In this document: positions 1-14,390 of the stretch, in pieces
Layout: every line of letters begins with the position of its first letter
Numbering within the stretch: position 1 is the stretch's first letter
NCBI GenBank assembly: GCA_030390025.1
Contig: CM059431.1
Coordinates: forward strand, 147,934,001-147,998,000
Direction of reading: 5' to 3'
Origin: Squalus acanthias
Taxonomy: Eukaryota
Length of the DNA stretch: 64,000 bases
Position numbers and translations under genes: made by a program
The notes under the pieces: model-generated
Seen by the model: the letters and a program-made list of their open reading frames with translations, nothing else
What the model was told of the DNA's origin: nothing
Database searches by the model: none

Positions 1-330
1 GAGCAGGAAGGTCCCAAGTACATCCACGGCCTGTGCTGAGTTACCTGATCTGACCAGGTGTGGCACTGAGTCCCACACACAGAGCAGGAAGGTCCCAAGT
101 TCCATCCACGGCCTGTGCTGAGTTACCTGATCTGACCAGGTGTGACACTGAGCCCCACAAAGAGCAGGAAGGTCCCAAGTTCCGTCCACGGCCTCTGCTT
201 AGTTACCTGATCTCACCAGGTGTGGCACTGAGCCCCACACACGTACAAAACAGGACGGGACTAGGTTCCATTTACGGGCTATGTTGACTAGTTTCTCTCA
301 TCCAGGTGTGGCACTGAGCCCCACACACGT
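1..330 (+). repeat. ~80-bp tandem repeat (gagcaggaaggtcccaagt...ccacggcctgtgctgagttacctgatct...ggtgtggcactgagccccacac)
   Basis: Three units starting near 1, 82 and 162, followed by a duplicated ~85-bp block; same family as 55510-56240. Confidence 0.8.
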
Positions 331-936
331 ACAAAACAGGACGGGACTAGGTTCCATTTACGGGCTATGTTGACTAGTTTCTCTCATCCAGTGTAGGGCC
401 GATATCTGGCGAAATATCAGCATTTGATGTTAAATTAATTTAATTATAAATCCTCCAATTTGACCCCATTTTTAAAAATTCTCTCAACGTTTACATATGT
501 CACACAGCAACCCCGATAGCAGTCACTTTCCTCAGGGATATTGCAACCACTCCCACCAGGATGCTCTAAACAACAACTCCAACGGGCGATACAACCTGTA
601 CCGCCAGTGGAGCGCTACCGCCCAAATCAGTTTCCTCCACCGCAGTGCGCGTCCAACCAACGAAAATGATGCATCATCAGGCCTGGTTTTTGACCCCGTC
701 GCTAACATGGAAATAGAACAGCAAGGATCTATATTTCAATTCCAGGGCTTCCACGTGATGACTCAGTGAAGCTGTCAGTCAATGCACCACAGCCATCACA
801 GAAGGAAGGAGGCAAGTTGGGATAGAAATGAAGGGTGATCATAAACAGCAGGTAGTCAACGCTGATTTCCAAGCGGCATATTGATGCAGAAATTTGACTT
901 GTGCGCATGTACGAAATTGGCGGTCGAAGTCGGGAA

Positions 937-3900
937 GAGTGGGAAATGGGAGATAGTGCTCGGGGGGTGTGGAGAATGGGAGATAGTGCTCGGGGGTGTG
1001 GAGAATAGGAGATAGTTCTCGGGCGGAGTGGTGAATGGGAGATAGTACTCGGGGGGAGTGGGGAATGGGAGATAGTGCTCGTATTCATGGAGAATGAGAG
1101 ATAGTGCTCGGGGGGTAGTGGAGAATGGGAACATTTGCTCGTGGGGAATGGAAAATGTGGGATAGTGTTCGGGAAGTGTGGAGAATGGGAAATAGTGCTC
1201 GGGGGGAGTGGAGAATGGGAGATAGTGCTCGTATTCATGGAGAATGGGGGATAGTGCTCGAGCGGAGAGGAGAATAGGAGATACTTCTCGGGCGGAGTGG
1301 TGAATGGGAGATAGTACTCGGGGGGAGTGGGGAATGGGAGATAGTTCTCGGCGGGAGTGGAGAATGGGAGATAGTGCTCGGGGGGTGTGGAGAATGGGAG
1401 ATAGTGCTCGGGGGGAGTGGAGAATGGGGGATAGAGCTAGGGGGGAGAATGGGAGATAGTGCTCGGGGGGAGTGGAGATTGGGGGATAGTGCTCGGGGGG
1501 AGTGGAGAATGGGAGCTAGCGCTCGGGGGTAGTGGAGAATGGGAGATAGTGCTCGGGGGGAGTGGATAATGGGAGATAGTGCTCTGGGGGAGTGGAGAAT
1601 GGGAGATAGTGCTGGGGGGTGTGGAGAATAGGAGATAGTTCTCGGGCGGAGTGGTGAATGGGAGATAGTACTCGGAAGAAGTGGGGAATGGGAGATAGTT
1701 CTCGGCGGGAGTGGAGAATGGGAGATAGTGCTCGGGGGGTGCGCAGAATGTGGGAGAGTGCTCAGGGGGAGTGTAGAATGGGAGATAGTGCTCGGGGTGA
1801 GTGGAGAATGAGAGATAGTGCTCGTATTCATGGAGAATGAGGGATAGTGCTCAGAGGGGGTGGAGAATGGGGGATTAAGCTCGGGGGGAATGGAGAATGG
1901 GGGATATTGCTCGGGGGGAGTGGAGAATGGGGGATAGTGCTCGGGGGTAGTGGAGAATGGGCGATAGTGCTCGGGGGGGGGGTGGTGAATGGGAGATATT
2001 ACTCGGGGGGAGTGGAGAATGGGAGATAGTGCTCGGGGGAATGGAAAATGGGAGATAGTGCTCGGGGGGAGTGGAGAATGGGCGATAGTTCTCGGGTGGA
2101 GTGGAGAATGGGGGATAGTGCTCGGGGGGAGTGGAGAATGGGGGATAGTGCTCGGGGTGAGTGGAGAATGGAAGATAGTGCTCGTATTCATGGAGAATGA
2201 GGGATATTGCTCGGGGGCAGTGGAGAATGGGAGATTAAGCTCGGGGGGAATGGAGAATGGGGGATATTGCTCGGGGGGAGTGGAAAATGTGGGATAGTGT
2301 TCGTGAAGTGTGGAGAATGGGAGATAGTGCTCGGGGGAAGTGGACAATGGGAGATAGTGCTCGTATTCATGGAGAATGGGGGATAGTGCCCGAGCGGAGT
2401 GGAGAATGGGAGATAGTTCTCGGGCGGAGTGGTGAATGAGAGACAGTGCTCGGGGGGAGTGGAAAATGGGAGGTAGTTCTCTGCGGGAGTGGAGAATGGG
2501 AGATAGTGCTCGGGGGGAGCGGAGAATGTGGGATAGTGCTCGGGGGGAGTGTAGAAAGGGAGATTGTGCTCGGGGGTGTCGAGAATGGGAGATAGTGCTC
2601 GGGGGGAGTGGAGAATGGGAGGTAGTGCTCGGGGGGGGGAGTTGAGAATGGGAGATAGTGCTCGGGGGGAGTGGAGAATGGGAGATAGTGCTCGGGGGGA
2701 GTGGAGAATGGGAGATAGTGCTCGGGGGGAGTGGAGAATGGGAGATAGTGCTCGTATTCATGGAGAATGAGGGATAGTTCTCAGAGGGGGTGGAGAATTG
2801 GAGATTAAGCTCGGGGGGAATGGAGAATGAGGGATATTGCTCGGGGGGAGTGGAGAATGGGGGATAGTGCTCGGGGGGATTGGTGAATGGGAGATATTAC
2901 TCGGGGGGAGTGGAGAATGGAGATAGTGCTCGGGGGGAGTGGAAAATGGGCGATAGTGCTCGGGGGGAGTGGAGAATGGGCGATAGTGCTCGGGTGGAGT
3001 GGAGAATGGGGGATAGTGCTCGGGTGGTGCGGAGAATAGGAGATAGTGCTCGGGTTGAGTGGAGAATTGGAGATAGTGCTCGTATTGAAGGAGAATGATG
3101 GATAGTGCTCAGAGGGGGTGGAGAAAGGGAGATTAAGCACGGGGGGAATGGAGATTGGGGGATATTGCTCAGGGGGAGTGGAGAATGGGAGAGAGTGCTC
3201 GTATTCATGGAGAATGGGGGATAGTGCTCGGGGGGTGCGGAGAATAGGAGATAGTGCTCGGGTTGAGTGGAGAATTGGAGATAGTGCTCGTATTGATGGA
3301 GAATGATGGATAGTGCTCAGAGGGGGTGGAGAAAGGGAGATTAAGCACGGAGGGAATGGAGAATGGGGGATATTGCTCATTGTGGTAGGAGAATAGGAGT
3401 TAGTGCTCGGGGGGAGTGGAGAATGTGGGATAGTGTTCGGGAAGTGTGGAGAATGGGAGATAGTGCTCGGGGGGAGTGGAGAATGGGGGATAGTGCTCGG
3501 GGGAGTGGAGAAAGGGAGATTGTGCTCGGAGGGAGGTGAGAATGGGGGATTGTGCTCGTGGGGAGTGGAGTATGGGAGAGAGTGCTCGGGGTTAGTGGAG
3601 ATTGGGAAATATTGCTCTGGGTGTGTGGAGAATGGGTAATATTGCTACGGGGGAGTGGAGAATGGGAGATAGTGCTGGGGGGGATTGGAAAATGGGAGAT
3701 AGTGCAAGGGGGGAGAATGGGAGATAGTGCTCAGGGGGAGTGGAGAATGGGAGATAGTGCTCGTATTCATGGAGAATGAGGAATAGTGCTCAGGGGGGGT
3801 GGAGAATGGGAGATTAAGCTCGGGGGGAATGGAGAATGGGCGATTAAGCTCGGGGGGAATGGAGAATGGGGGATATTGCTCGGGGGAGTGGAGAATGGGA

Positions 3901-6900
3901 GATTGTGCTCGTATTCATGGAGAATGAGGGATAGTGCTCAGGGTGGGTGGAGAATGGGAGTTAGTGCTCGGGGGGAGTGGATGATGTGGGATAGTGTTCG
4001 GGAAGTGTGGTGAATGGGAAATAGTGCTCGGGGGAGTGGAGAATGGGGGATAGTACTCGGGGGGAGTGGAGAATGGGAGATAGTGCTCGGGGGGGAGTGG
4101 TGAGAGGGAGATAGTGCTCGAGGGAGTGGAGAATGGGGGATATTGCTCGGGGGAGTGGAGAATGGGAGATAGTGCTCGGGGAGAGTGGAGAATGGGGGAT
4201 AGTGCTCGGAGGGAGCGGAGAATGGGAGATAGTGCTCGGGGGGGAGTGGAGATTGGGAGGTAGTGTTCGTGGAGAGTGGAGAATGGAGGATCGTGCTCGG
4301 GGGGGAGTGGCGAATGGGGGATAGTGATCGAGGTGAGTGGTGATTGGGAGATCGTGCTCGGGGTGAGTGGAGAATGGGAGATTAAGCTCGGGGGGAATGG
4401 AGAATGGGGGATATTGCTCGGGGGGAGTGGAGAATGGGAGATAGTGCTCGTATTCATGGAGAATGAGGGATAGTGCTCAGGGTGGGTGGAGAATGGGAGT
4501 TAGTGCTCGGGGGGAGTGGAGAATGTGGGATAGTGCTCAAGATGAGTGGTGAATGGGAGATAGTGCTCGGGGGGAGTGGAGAATGGGGGATAATGCTCGG
4601 GGGGAGTGGTGAAAGGGAGATAGTGCTCGGGGGGAGTGGAGTATGGGAGAGAGTGCTCGGGGGGAGAGGAGAATGGGAGATAGTGAACTGGGTGTGTGGA
4701 GAATGGGGAATATTGCTCCGCGGGAGTGGAGAATGGGGAATATTGCTCCGGGGGAGTGGAGAATGGGAGATAGTGTTCGGGGGGATTGGAAAAATGGGGA
4801 TAGTGCTCGGGGGGAGTGGAGAATGGGGGTTTGTGCAAGGGGGGAGAATGGGAGATAGTGCTCGGGGAGAGTGGAGAATGGGAGATATTGCTCGGGGGGA
4901 GTGGAGAATGGGAGATAGTGCTCGGGGGCAGAGGAGAATGGGAGATAGTGCTCGGGGGGAGAGGAGAATGCCGGATAGTGCTCGGGGTGAGTGGACAATG
5001 GGGGATAGTACTCGGGTGGAGTGGAGAATGAGAGATAGTGCTCGGGTGGAGTGGAGAATGGGAGATAATGCTCGGGGTAGTGGAGAATGGGAGATAGTGC
5101 TCGGGGGGAGTGGACAATGGGAGATAGTGCTGGCGGGTGTGGAGAATGAGGAATAGTGCTCGGGGGGAGTGGAGAATGGGAGATAGCGCTCGTATTCATG
5201 GCGAATGAGAGATAATGCTCGGGGGTAGTGGAGAATGGGAGATAGTGCTCGGGGGGAATGGAGAATGTGGGATAGTGTTCGGGAAGTGAGGAGAATGGGA
5301 GATAGTGCTCGGGGGGAGTGGAGAATTGGAGATAGTGTTCGGGAGGAGTGGAGAATGGGAGATAATGCTCGGGGGGAGTGGAGAATGGGAGATAGTGCTC
5401 GGGGGGAGTGGAGAATGGGAGATAGTGCTCGTATTCATGGAGAATGAGGAATAGTGCTCAGGGGGGGGTGGAGAATGGGAGATTAAGTTCGGGGGTAATG
5501 GAGAATGGGAGATTAAGCTCGGGTGGAATGGATAATGGGGGATATTGCTCGGGGGGAGTGGAGAATGGGAGATTGTGCTCGTATTCATGGAGAATGAGGG
5601 ATAGTGCTCAGGGTGGGTGGAGAATGGGAGTTAGTGCTCGGGGGGAGTGGAGAATGTGGGATAGTGTTCGGGAAGTGTGGAGAATGGGAGATAGTGCTCG
5701 GGGGAGTGGAGAATGGCGGATAGTGCTCGGGGGGAGTGGTGAGAGAGAGATAGTGCTCGAGGGAGTGGAGAATGGGGGATATTGATCGGGGGGAGTGGAG
5801 AATGGGAGATGGTGCTCGGGGAGAGTGGAGAATGGGGGATAGTGCTCGGAGGGAGGTGAGAATGGGAGATAGTGCTCGGGGGGGAGTGGAGATTGGGAGA
5901 TAGTGTTCGGGGGAGTAGAGAATGGAGGATAGTGCTCGGGGGGATGGGTGAATGGGGGATAGTGCTCGGGGGGGGAGTGGAGAATGGGGGATAGTGATCG
6001 AGATGAGTGGTGATTTGGAGATCGTGCTCGGGGTGCATGGAGAATGGTGAGATTAAGTTCGGGGGGTATGGAGAATGGGGGATATTGCTCGGGGGGAGTG
6101 GAGAATGGGAGATAGTGCTCGGGGGGAGAGGAGAATGGGAGATAGTGCTCGGGGGGAGAAGAGAATGCCGGATAGTGCTCGGGGGGAGTGGACAATGGGG
6201 GATAGTGCTCGGGTGGAGTGCAGAATGAGAGTTAGTGCTCGGGAGGAGTGGAGAATGGGAGATAGTGCTCGGGGGTAGTGGAGAATGGGAGATAGTGCTC
6301 GGGGGGAGTGGACAATGGGAGATAGTGCTGGCGGGTGCGGAGAATGGGGAATAGTGCTCGGGGGGAGTGGAGAATGAGAGGTAGCGCTCGTATTCATGGC
6401 GAATGAGAGATAGTGCTCGGGGGTAGTGGAGAATGGGTGATAGTGCTCGGGGGGAATGGAGAATGTGGGATAGTGTTCGGGAAGTGTGGATAATGGGAGA
6501 TAGTGCTCAGGGGGAGTGGAGAATTGGAGATAGTGCTCGGGTGGAGTGGAGAATGGGAGATAGTGCTCCGGGGTAGTGGAGAATGGGAGATAGTGCTCGG
6601 GGGGAGTGGAGAATGGGAGATAGTGCTCGTATTCATGGAGAATGAGGAATAGTGCTCGGGGGGGGCGGTGGAGAATGGGAGATTAAGCTCGGGGGAATGG
6701 AGAATGGGAGATTAAGCTCGGGGGGAATGGAGAATGGGGGATATTCCCCGGGGGATAGTGCTCGGACGGAGTGGAGAATGGGGATAGTGCTCGGGGGGAG
6801 TGGAGAATGGGAGATAGTGCTCGAGGGGAGTGGAGAATGGGAGATCGTGCTCGCGGGGAGTGGAGAATGGGAGATAATGCTCGGGGGGAGTGGAGAATGG

Positions 6901-9900
6901 GTGATAGTGCTCGGGGGGAGTGGAGAATGGGGGATAGTGCTCAGAAGGAGTGGAGAATGGGAGATAGTGCTAAGGGGAGTGGAGAATGGGAGATAGTGCT
7001 TGGATAAGTGGAGAGTGGGTATAGTGCTCGTGGGGTGTGAAGAATGGGAGATAGTGATCGGGGGGAGTGGAGAATTGGAGATAATGTTCAGGGGGAGTGG
7101 ATAATGGGAAATAGTGCTCGGGGGGAGTGGAGAATGTGGGATAGTGCTCGGGTAAGTGAAGAGTGGGAATAGTGCTCGGGGGGTATGGAGAATGGGAGAT
7201 AGTGCTCGAGGGGAGTGGAGAATGGGAGATAATGCTCGGGGGGAGTGGATAATGTGAAATAGTGCTCGGGGGGAGTGGAGAATGGGAGATAGAGCTCGGG
7301 GGGATTGGAGAATGGGAGATAGTGCTCTGGATGAGTGGAGAATGGGGAATATTGCTCCGGGGGAGTGGAGAATGGGAGATAGTGCTCGGGGGGAATGGAA
7401 AATGGGGGAAAATGCTCGGGGGAGTGGAGAATGGGGGATAGTGCTCGGGGGGAGTGGAAAATATGGGATAGTGCTCGGGGGCAGTGGAGAATGGGAGATA
7501 GTGCTCGGGGGAGTGGAGAATGGGAGATAGTGCTCGGGTAAGTGGAGAGTGGGAATAGTGCTCGGTGGGTGTGGAGAATTAGAGATAGTGCTCTGGGGGA
7601 GTGGAGAATGGGAGATATTGCCCGGGGGGAGAGAAGAATGGGGGATAGTGCTCGGGCGGGAGTGTACAATAGTAGATCGTGCTCAGGGGGGAGTGGAGAA
7701 TGGGGAAGATTGCGACGGGGGAGTGGAGAATGGGAGATAGTGCTCGAGGGGAGTGGATAATGGGAGATAGTGCTCGGGGGGAATGGAAAATGGGGGATAG
7801 TCCTCGGGGGGAGTGGAGAATGGGGGATAGTGCTCGGGGGGAGTGGAAAATATTGGATAGTGCTCGGGGGCAGTGGAGAATGGGAGATAGTGCTGGGGGG
7901 AGTAAAGAATGGGGGATAATGCTCGTGCGGGAGTGGAGAATGGTAGATAGTTCTCGGGGGGAGTGGAGAATGGGGGATAGTGCTCGGGGGGAGTGGAGAA
8001 TGGGAGATACTGCTCGGGGGGAGTGGAGAATGGGGGATAGCGCTCGGGGGGAGTGCAGAATGGGAGACATTGCTCGGGGGAGTGGAGAATGCGGGATAGT
8101 TCTCCGGGGGAGTGGAGAATGTGCGATAGTGCTCGGGGGGAGTGGAGAATGGGAGATAGTGATCGGGGGGAGTGGAGAATGGGAGATAGTGCTCGGGTGA
8201 GTGGAGAATGGGAGATAGTGCTGAGTGGAGTGGAGAATGGGAGATAGTGCTCGGGTAAGTGGAGAGTGGGATTAGTGCTCGGGGGGTGTGTAGAATGTGA
8301 GATAGTGCTCGGGGGGAGTTCAGAATGGGAGACATTGCTCGAGGGGGAATGGAAAATGTGCGACAGTGCTCGAGGGGAGTGGCGAATGGGGGATAGTGCT
8401 CGGGCGGAGTGGAGAATGGGCGATAGTGCTCGGGGGGAGTGGAGAATGCGGGATAGTGCTCGGGCGGAGTGGAGAATGGGCGATAGTGCTCGGGTGGAGT
8501 GGAGAATGGTAGATAGTGCTCGGGGGGAGTGCAGAATGGGCGATAGTGCTCGGGGGGAGTGGAGAAAGGCGATAGTGCTCGGTTGGAGTGGAGAATGGGA
8601 GATAGTGCTCGGGGGGAGTTTAGAATGGCGATAGTGCTCGCGCGGAGTGGAGAATGGTAGATCGTGCTCGGGGGGAGTGGAGAATGGGAGATAGTGCTCG
8701 GGGGGAGTGGAGAATGGGAGATAGTTCTCGGGGGGAGTGGATAATGGGAGAGAGTGCTGAGGGGAGTGGAGAATGGGAGATAATGCTCGGGGGGAGTGGA
8801 TAATGGGAAATAGTACTCGGGGGGAGTGGAGAATGGGGGATAGTACTCGGGCGGGAGTAGAGAATAGTAGATCGTGCTCGGGGGGGAGTGGAGAATGAGA
8901 GATAGTGCTCGGGGGGAGTGCAGAATGGGAGATAGAGCGCGGGGGGAGTGGAGAATGGGGGATAGTGCTCGGGGGGAGTGGAGAATGGGTTAGTTCTCGG
9001 GTGGAGTGGAGAATGGGAGATAGTGCTCGGGGGGAGTGGAGAATGGCGATAGTGCTCGGTTGGAGTGGAGAATGGGAGATAGTGCTCGAGGGGAGTTTAG
9101 AATGGCGATAGTGCTCGCGGGGAGTGGAGAATGGGAGATACTGCTCGGGGGTTGTGGAGAAATGGGGATCGTGGTCGGGGGGAGTGAAGGTTGTGGGATA
9201 GTGCTCGGGGGGAGTACAGAATGGAAGACATTGCTCGCGGGGGAATGGAAAATGTGCGAAAGTGCTCGAGAGGAGTGGCGAATGGGAGATAGTGCTCGGG
9301 GGAGTGGAGAATGCGGGATAGTGCTCGGGGGGAGTGGAGAATGGGAGATAGTGCTCGGGGGGAGTGGAGAATGGGAGATAGTGCTCGTGGGGAGTGGAGA
9401 ATGGGAGATAGTGCTCGGGGGGGGAGTGGAGAATGGGAGTTAGTGCTCGGGGGGAGTGGAGAATGGGAGATAGTGCTCGGGGGGAGTGGAGAATGGGAGA
9501 TAGTGCTGGGGGCAGAATGGGGGATAGTGCTCGGGGGCGTGGAGAATGGGAGATAGTGCTCGCCGGGTGGGAAGAATGTGTGATAATGCTCGGGGGAAGT
9601 GGAGAATGGGAGAAAGTGCTCGGTGGGAGTGGAGAATGGAGGATAGTGCTCGGGGGGTGTGGAGAATGGGAGATAGTGCTCGGGGGGTGTGGAGAATGGG
9701 AGATAGTGCTCGGGGGCTGTGGAGAATGGGAGATAGTGCTCGGGGGCAGAATGGGGGATAGTGCTCGGGGGAGTGGTAAATGGGAGATAGTGCAGGGGGG
9801 GAGTGAAGAATGGGAGCGTGTGCTCGGGGCGTGTGGAGAATGCGGAAAATTGCTCGGCGGGAGTGGAAAATGGGGGATATTGCTCGGGAGGAGTGGGATA

Positions 9901-11490
9901 TGGGGGAAAGTGCTCGGGGGGAGTAGAGAATGCAGGATAATGCTCGGGGGGAGTGGAGAATGGGAGATAGTGCTCGGGGGGAGTGGAGAATGGGCGATAG
10001 TGCTCGGGTGGAGTGGAGAATGGGGGATAGTTTTCGGGTGGAGTGGAGAATGTGGGATAGTGCTCGGAGGGACTGGAGAATGGGAGATAGTGCTCGGGGG
10101 TAGTGGAGAATGGGAGATAGTGCTCGTGGGAGAATGGGGGATCGTGCTTGGGGGGAGTGGAAAATGGTAGATTATGCTCGGGGTGTGGAGAATGGGAGAT
10201 ATTTCAGGGGGGGAGTGGAGAATGGGAGATAGTGCTCGGGGTTTGTGGAGAATGGGGAATATTGCTCGGGGGGAGTGGAGATTGGGGGATAGAGCTCGGG
10301 AGGAGTGGAAAATGGGGGATAGTGCTCGGGGGAAGTCGAGAATGCGGGATAGTGCTCGGGGGGAGAGGAGAATGGGAGACAGTGCTCGGGGGGAGTGGAG
10401 AATGGGGGACAGTGCTCGGGGGGAGTTGAAAATGGGCGACAGTGTTCGGGGGGAGTGCTGAATGGGAGATAGTGCTCGGGGGGAGTGGAGAATGGGGGAT
10501 AGTGCTCGGGGGGATGGAAAATGGGAGATAGTGCTCCGGGGGTGTGGATAATGGGGGATAGTGCTCGGGGGAATGGAGAATGGGAGATAGTGCTCGGGGG
10601 AGAATGGGTGATAGTGCTTGGGGGGAGTGAAAAATGGGAGATTATGCTCGGGGGGAGTGAAGAATGGGAGATACTGCTCGGGGTGTGTGGAGAATGGGGA
10701 ATATTGCTCGGAGGGAGTGGAGAATGGGGGATAGTGCTCGTGAGGAGTGGAAAATGGGGGATAGTGCTTGTGAGGAGTGGAGAATGGGAGATAGTGCTCG
10801 GGGGGAGTGGAGAATGGGAGATAGTGCTCGGGGGCAGAATGGGGGATAGTGCTCGGGGGCGTGGATAATGGGAGATAGTGCTCGCCGGATGGGAAGAATG
10901 GGTGATTATGCTCGGGAGAAGTGGAGAATGGGAGAAAGTGCTCGGGGGGAGTGGAGAATGGAGGATAGTGCTCGGGGGGATGGAGAATGGGAGATAGTGC
11001 TCGGGGGGTGTGGAGAATGGGAGATAGTGCTCGGGGGCTGTGGAGAATGGGAGATAGTGCTCGGGGGCAGAATGGGGGATAGTGCTCGGGGGAGTGGTAA
11101 ATGGGAGATAGTGCAGGGGGGGAGTGGAGAATGGGAGCGTGTGCTCGGGGCGTGTGGAGAATGCGGAAAATTGCTCGGGGGAGTGGAAAATGGGGGATAT
11201 TGCTCGGGAGGAGTGGGATATGGGGGAAAGTGCTCGGGGGGAGTAGAGAATGCGGGATAGTGCTCGGGGGGAGTGGAGAATGGGAGATAGTGCTCGGGGG
11301 GAGTGGAGAATGGGCGATAGTGCTCGGGTGGAGTGGAGAATGGTGGATAGTTTTCGGGTGGAGTGGAGAATGTGGGATAGTGCTCGGAGGGAATGTAGAA
11401 TGGGAGATACTGCTCGGGGGTAGTGGAGAATGGGAGATAGTGCTCGGGAGGAGAATGGGGGATAGTGCTCGGGCGAGTGGAGAATGGGAG
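937..11490 (+). repeat. G-rich 30-bp minisatellite array (ggagaatgggagatagtgctcggggggagt)n, ~10.5 kb
   Basis: Directly visible tandem units. The 30-bp period explains the repetitive WRMGDSARGE / SGEWEIVLGG / STISHSPLPP ORFs. Confidence 0.97.
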
Positions 11491-11508
11491 AAACAGGGAT
11501 TTCAGAAG

Positions 11509-11708
11509 NNNNNNNNNNNNNNNNNNNNNNNNNNNNNNNNNNNNNNNNNNNNNNNNNNNNNNNNNNNNNNNNNNNNNNNNNNNNNNNNNNNNNNNNNNNN
11601 NNNNNNNNNNNNNNNNNNNNNNNNNNNNNNNNNNNNNNNNNNNNNNNNNNNNNNNNNNNNNNNNNNNNNNNNNNNNNNNNNNNNNNNNNNNNNNNNNNNN
11701 NNNNNNNN
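11509..11708. other. Assembly gap (200 N)
   Basis: Run of N bases. Confidence 1.
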
Positions 11709-14390
11709 GGAGAGCTGCTGTAGTTAGTTAATTAGCTACCTGGATTAAATTGGTTCCTGAAGCAGTAGCAGAGCAGTGGTGACTCATCTGAGTCACAAAC
11801 AGTATAAATACAGGGGCCTGTGAGTGCAGCCAGCCCTGAGTGAACAACTGGGAGTTTGGTAAGTGTGGGAGTTCGGTGAAGTGGGGGAAGGAGGAGCATG
11901 CTTTTCTCAACTTCTCCTGCAGAGCGGTGGCGGACCTAGAGAAGGAGCACACCCGAGGCCCAAGTGCGGGGATAAAAGCAGCAACAGACCTGCAATCAAC
12001 AAGAGATAATGGCTGTGTGACGTTACAGGTAAGGGCAGGTAAGCTATTGGACGTGTATTGGGCTAAGTTTAAGTTAACATAGAACATATAACAAAAATTA
12101 TAAAAACTAAACATAATTTAATTAATTTCATAAAACTACACCGTGGTATATAAATTTAGATTAATATTAACTAATTAATTGAACAAATAAAATAAACGGT
12201 AGAACAGGAGATGTGTTGCTGCTGCAATATGTGGGAGCTTGTGGACATTTTTGTCAAGGGCGACTACCATCTGCGGTAAGTGTCTGCGGTTCGAGGAACT
12301 TCGGCTTCGAGTTGAGGAGCTGGAGTCCGAACTGTAGACACTGGAGACATCAGGGAGTTAGAAAGTTAACTGAAGCTTTTTGCTCAGGAGGCAGCCACCA
12401 CCCCTTAGATTACATACTTTTGAATGACACAGTGGCCAGGACAGGAGGGTGTGAATGTGAGTGAGGCAGGTACGGGGATCCAGGAGGTAGTATTGCAGGA
12501 GCCTCAGTCCCTACCCTTGTCCAATAGATTCGAGGTTCTTGCAACCCTTGTGGAGCAGTGTGGCGACTGCGGGGAGGACAAGCAAACTGATCACGGCACC
12601 GTGGTACAGGAAGACGTTCAAGTGGGGGGAGGAAAAAGGAAGGTGGTTGTAGTAGGTGACAAAATATTTAGGGGGAAGACACGGTTCTCTGCAGCCAGAA
12701 GCGTGAGTCCCGAAGGCTGTGTTGCCTACCCGGTGCCACGTCAAAGGACATCTCCTCTGGGCTGGAGAAGAACTTGGAATGGGAGGGATAGGATCCAGTT
12801 GTCGTGGTCCACGTAGGTACCAACGACATAGGTAGGACAAACAAAGTGGTTCTGCTGAGAGACTTTGAGCAGCTAGAGCTAAATTAAAAAGCAGAACCAG
12901 AAGGGCATAATCTCTGGATTATTACTGGAGCCACGTGCAAATTGGCATAAGGTCAATCAGATCAGGGAGATGAATGCGTGGCTCAAAGATTGGTGTGGGA
13001 GAAGTGGCTTTCGATTTGTGGGGCACTGGCACCAGTACTGGGGAAAGAAAGAGCTGTTCCATTGGGACGGACTACAGCTGAACTGTGCTGGGGCCAGAGA
13101 TCTAGCGAATCTAACAACTAGGGAGGTAGATTGGGCTTTAAACTAAATAAGCGGGGCGCGGCGGGGGTGTGGGGGGGGGGCGCGGTCCCGGTGGAGAGAA
13201 ATCTAGAATGCTAAAGAGAAAAGACAAGGAAGCAGTGCAGGAAAGTGATTAACGTAAGGGTATCCATGTTGTGTCGGGAAGGGACAGAGCGTACAAACAA
13301 AGGAGAGCACTAACAAATAGGGTCCGGGTAAGAAAAAATGGCATTAAGACAAATAGGGCCATAGTACAAAAAAATGTTAAGATGTCTAAAAATGTTAAAA
13401 AGACAAATCTAAAGGTACTGTATCTGAATGCACGAAGCATTCGTAAAAAGGTAAACGAATTAACAGCGCAAATAGATTTTAACGGACACGATATAATTGT
13501 GATTATGGAGACATGGCTGCAGGGTGACCAAGGCTGGGAGCTGAATATCCAAGGATATTCGATATTTAGGAAGGACAGGCAAAAAGGAAAATGAGGTGGG
13601 ATGGCCTTGTTAGTAAAGGATGAAATCAGATTAATAGTGAGAAAGGATATTGGCTCAGAAAATGAAGATGTAGAATCAGTCGGGCTGGAGGATAGAACAC
13701 CAAGGGGCAGAAAACGTTGGTGGGAGATGTCTATAGGACTCCAAACAGTACTGGTAATGTAGGGGATGGCAACAAACAGGAAATTAGAGATGCATGTAAC
13801 AAGGGTGACTTTAATCTACAGATTCACTGGCCAAACCAAATTAGCAATAATATTGCGGAGGATTAATTCCTAGAGTGGGTACGAGATTTTTTTAGACCAG
13901 TACGTTGAGGAGCCAACGAGAGAGCAGGCTATCCTAGATTGGGTATTGTGCAATAAGAATGGGTTAATTAATAATCTTGTTGTCCTTTAGGGAAGAGTGA
14001 CCATAATATGATAGAATTCTTCATTAAAATGGAAAGTGAAGAAGTCCAATCCGAAACTTGGTTCCTAAATCTAAACAAAGGAAACTACGAAGGTATGAGG
14101 AGTGAGTTGGATATGATAGATTAGGGATCTTCATTAAAAGGCATGATGGTTTCTAGCCAATGGCTAACATTTAAGGAACAAATGCATGAATTGCAACAGT
14201 TATACATTCCTTTCTGGCACAAAAACACAAAAGGAAAATCGGCCCAACAATGGCAAACAAAATAAATTAAGGATAGTATTTGATCAAAAGAGGATTCATA
14301 TAATGTTGTGAGAAAAGTTGCAAGCCTAAGAATTGGGAGCAGTTTTGAGCTCCGCAAAAAAGGTCCAAGAGATTGATTAAGAGGGGAAAC
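11709..14390 (+). mobile_element. Decayed CR1-clade LINE, 5' part (5'UTR, ORF1 zinc-finger/esterase remnant, ORF2 endonuclease)
   Basis: ORF1-like LPLSNRFEVL and VVVVGD; endonuclease LKVLYLNARSIRKK...IMETWL...WELNIQGYSIFRKDR; many stops and frameshifts; ends at a satellite. Confidence 0.85.

Noticed and set aside
729..11731. Dozens of long Pro/Ser-rich (extensin/mucin-like) and Gly/Trp-rich ORFs
   Set aside because: Translations of a 30-bp satellite, open in several frames on both strands, with frequent frame switches; some run through N bases.
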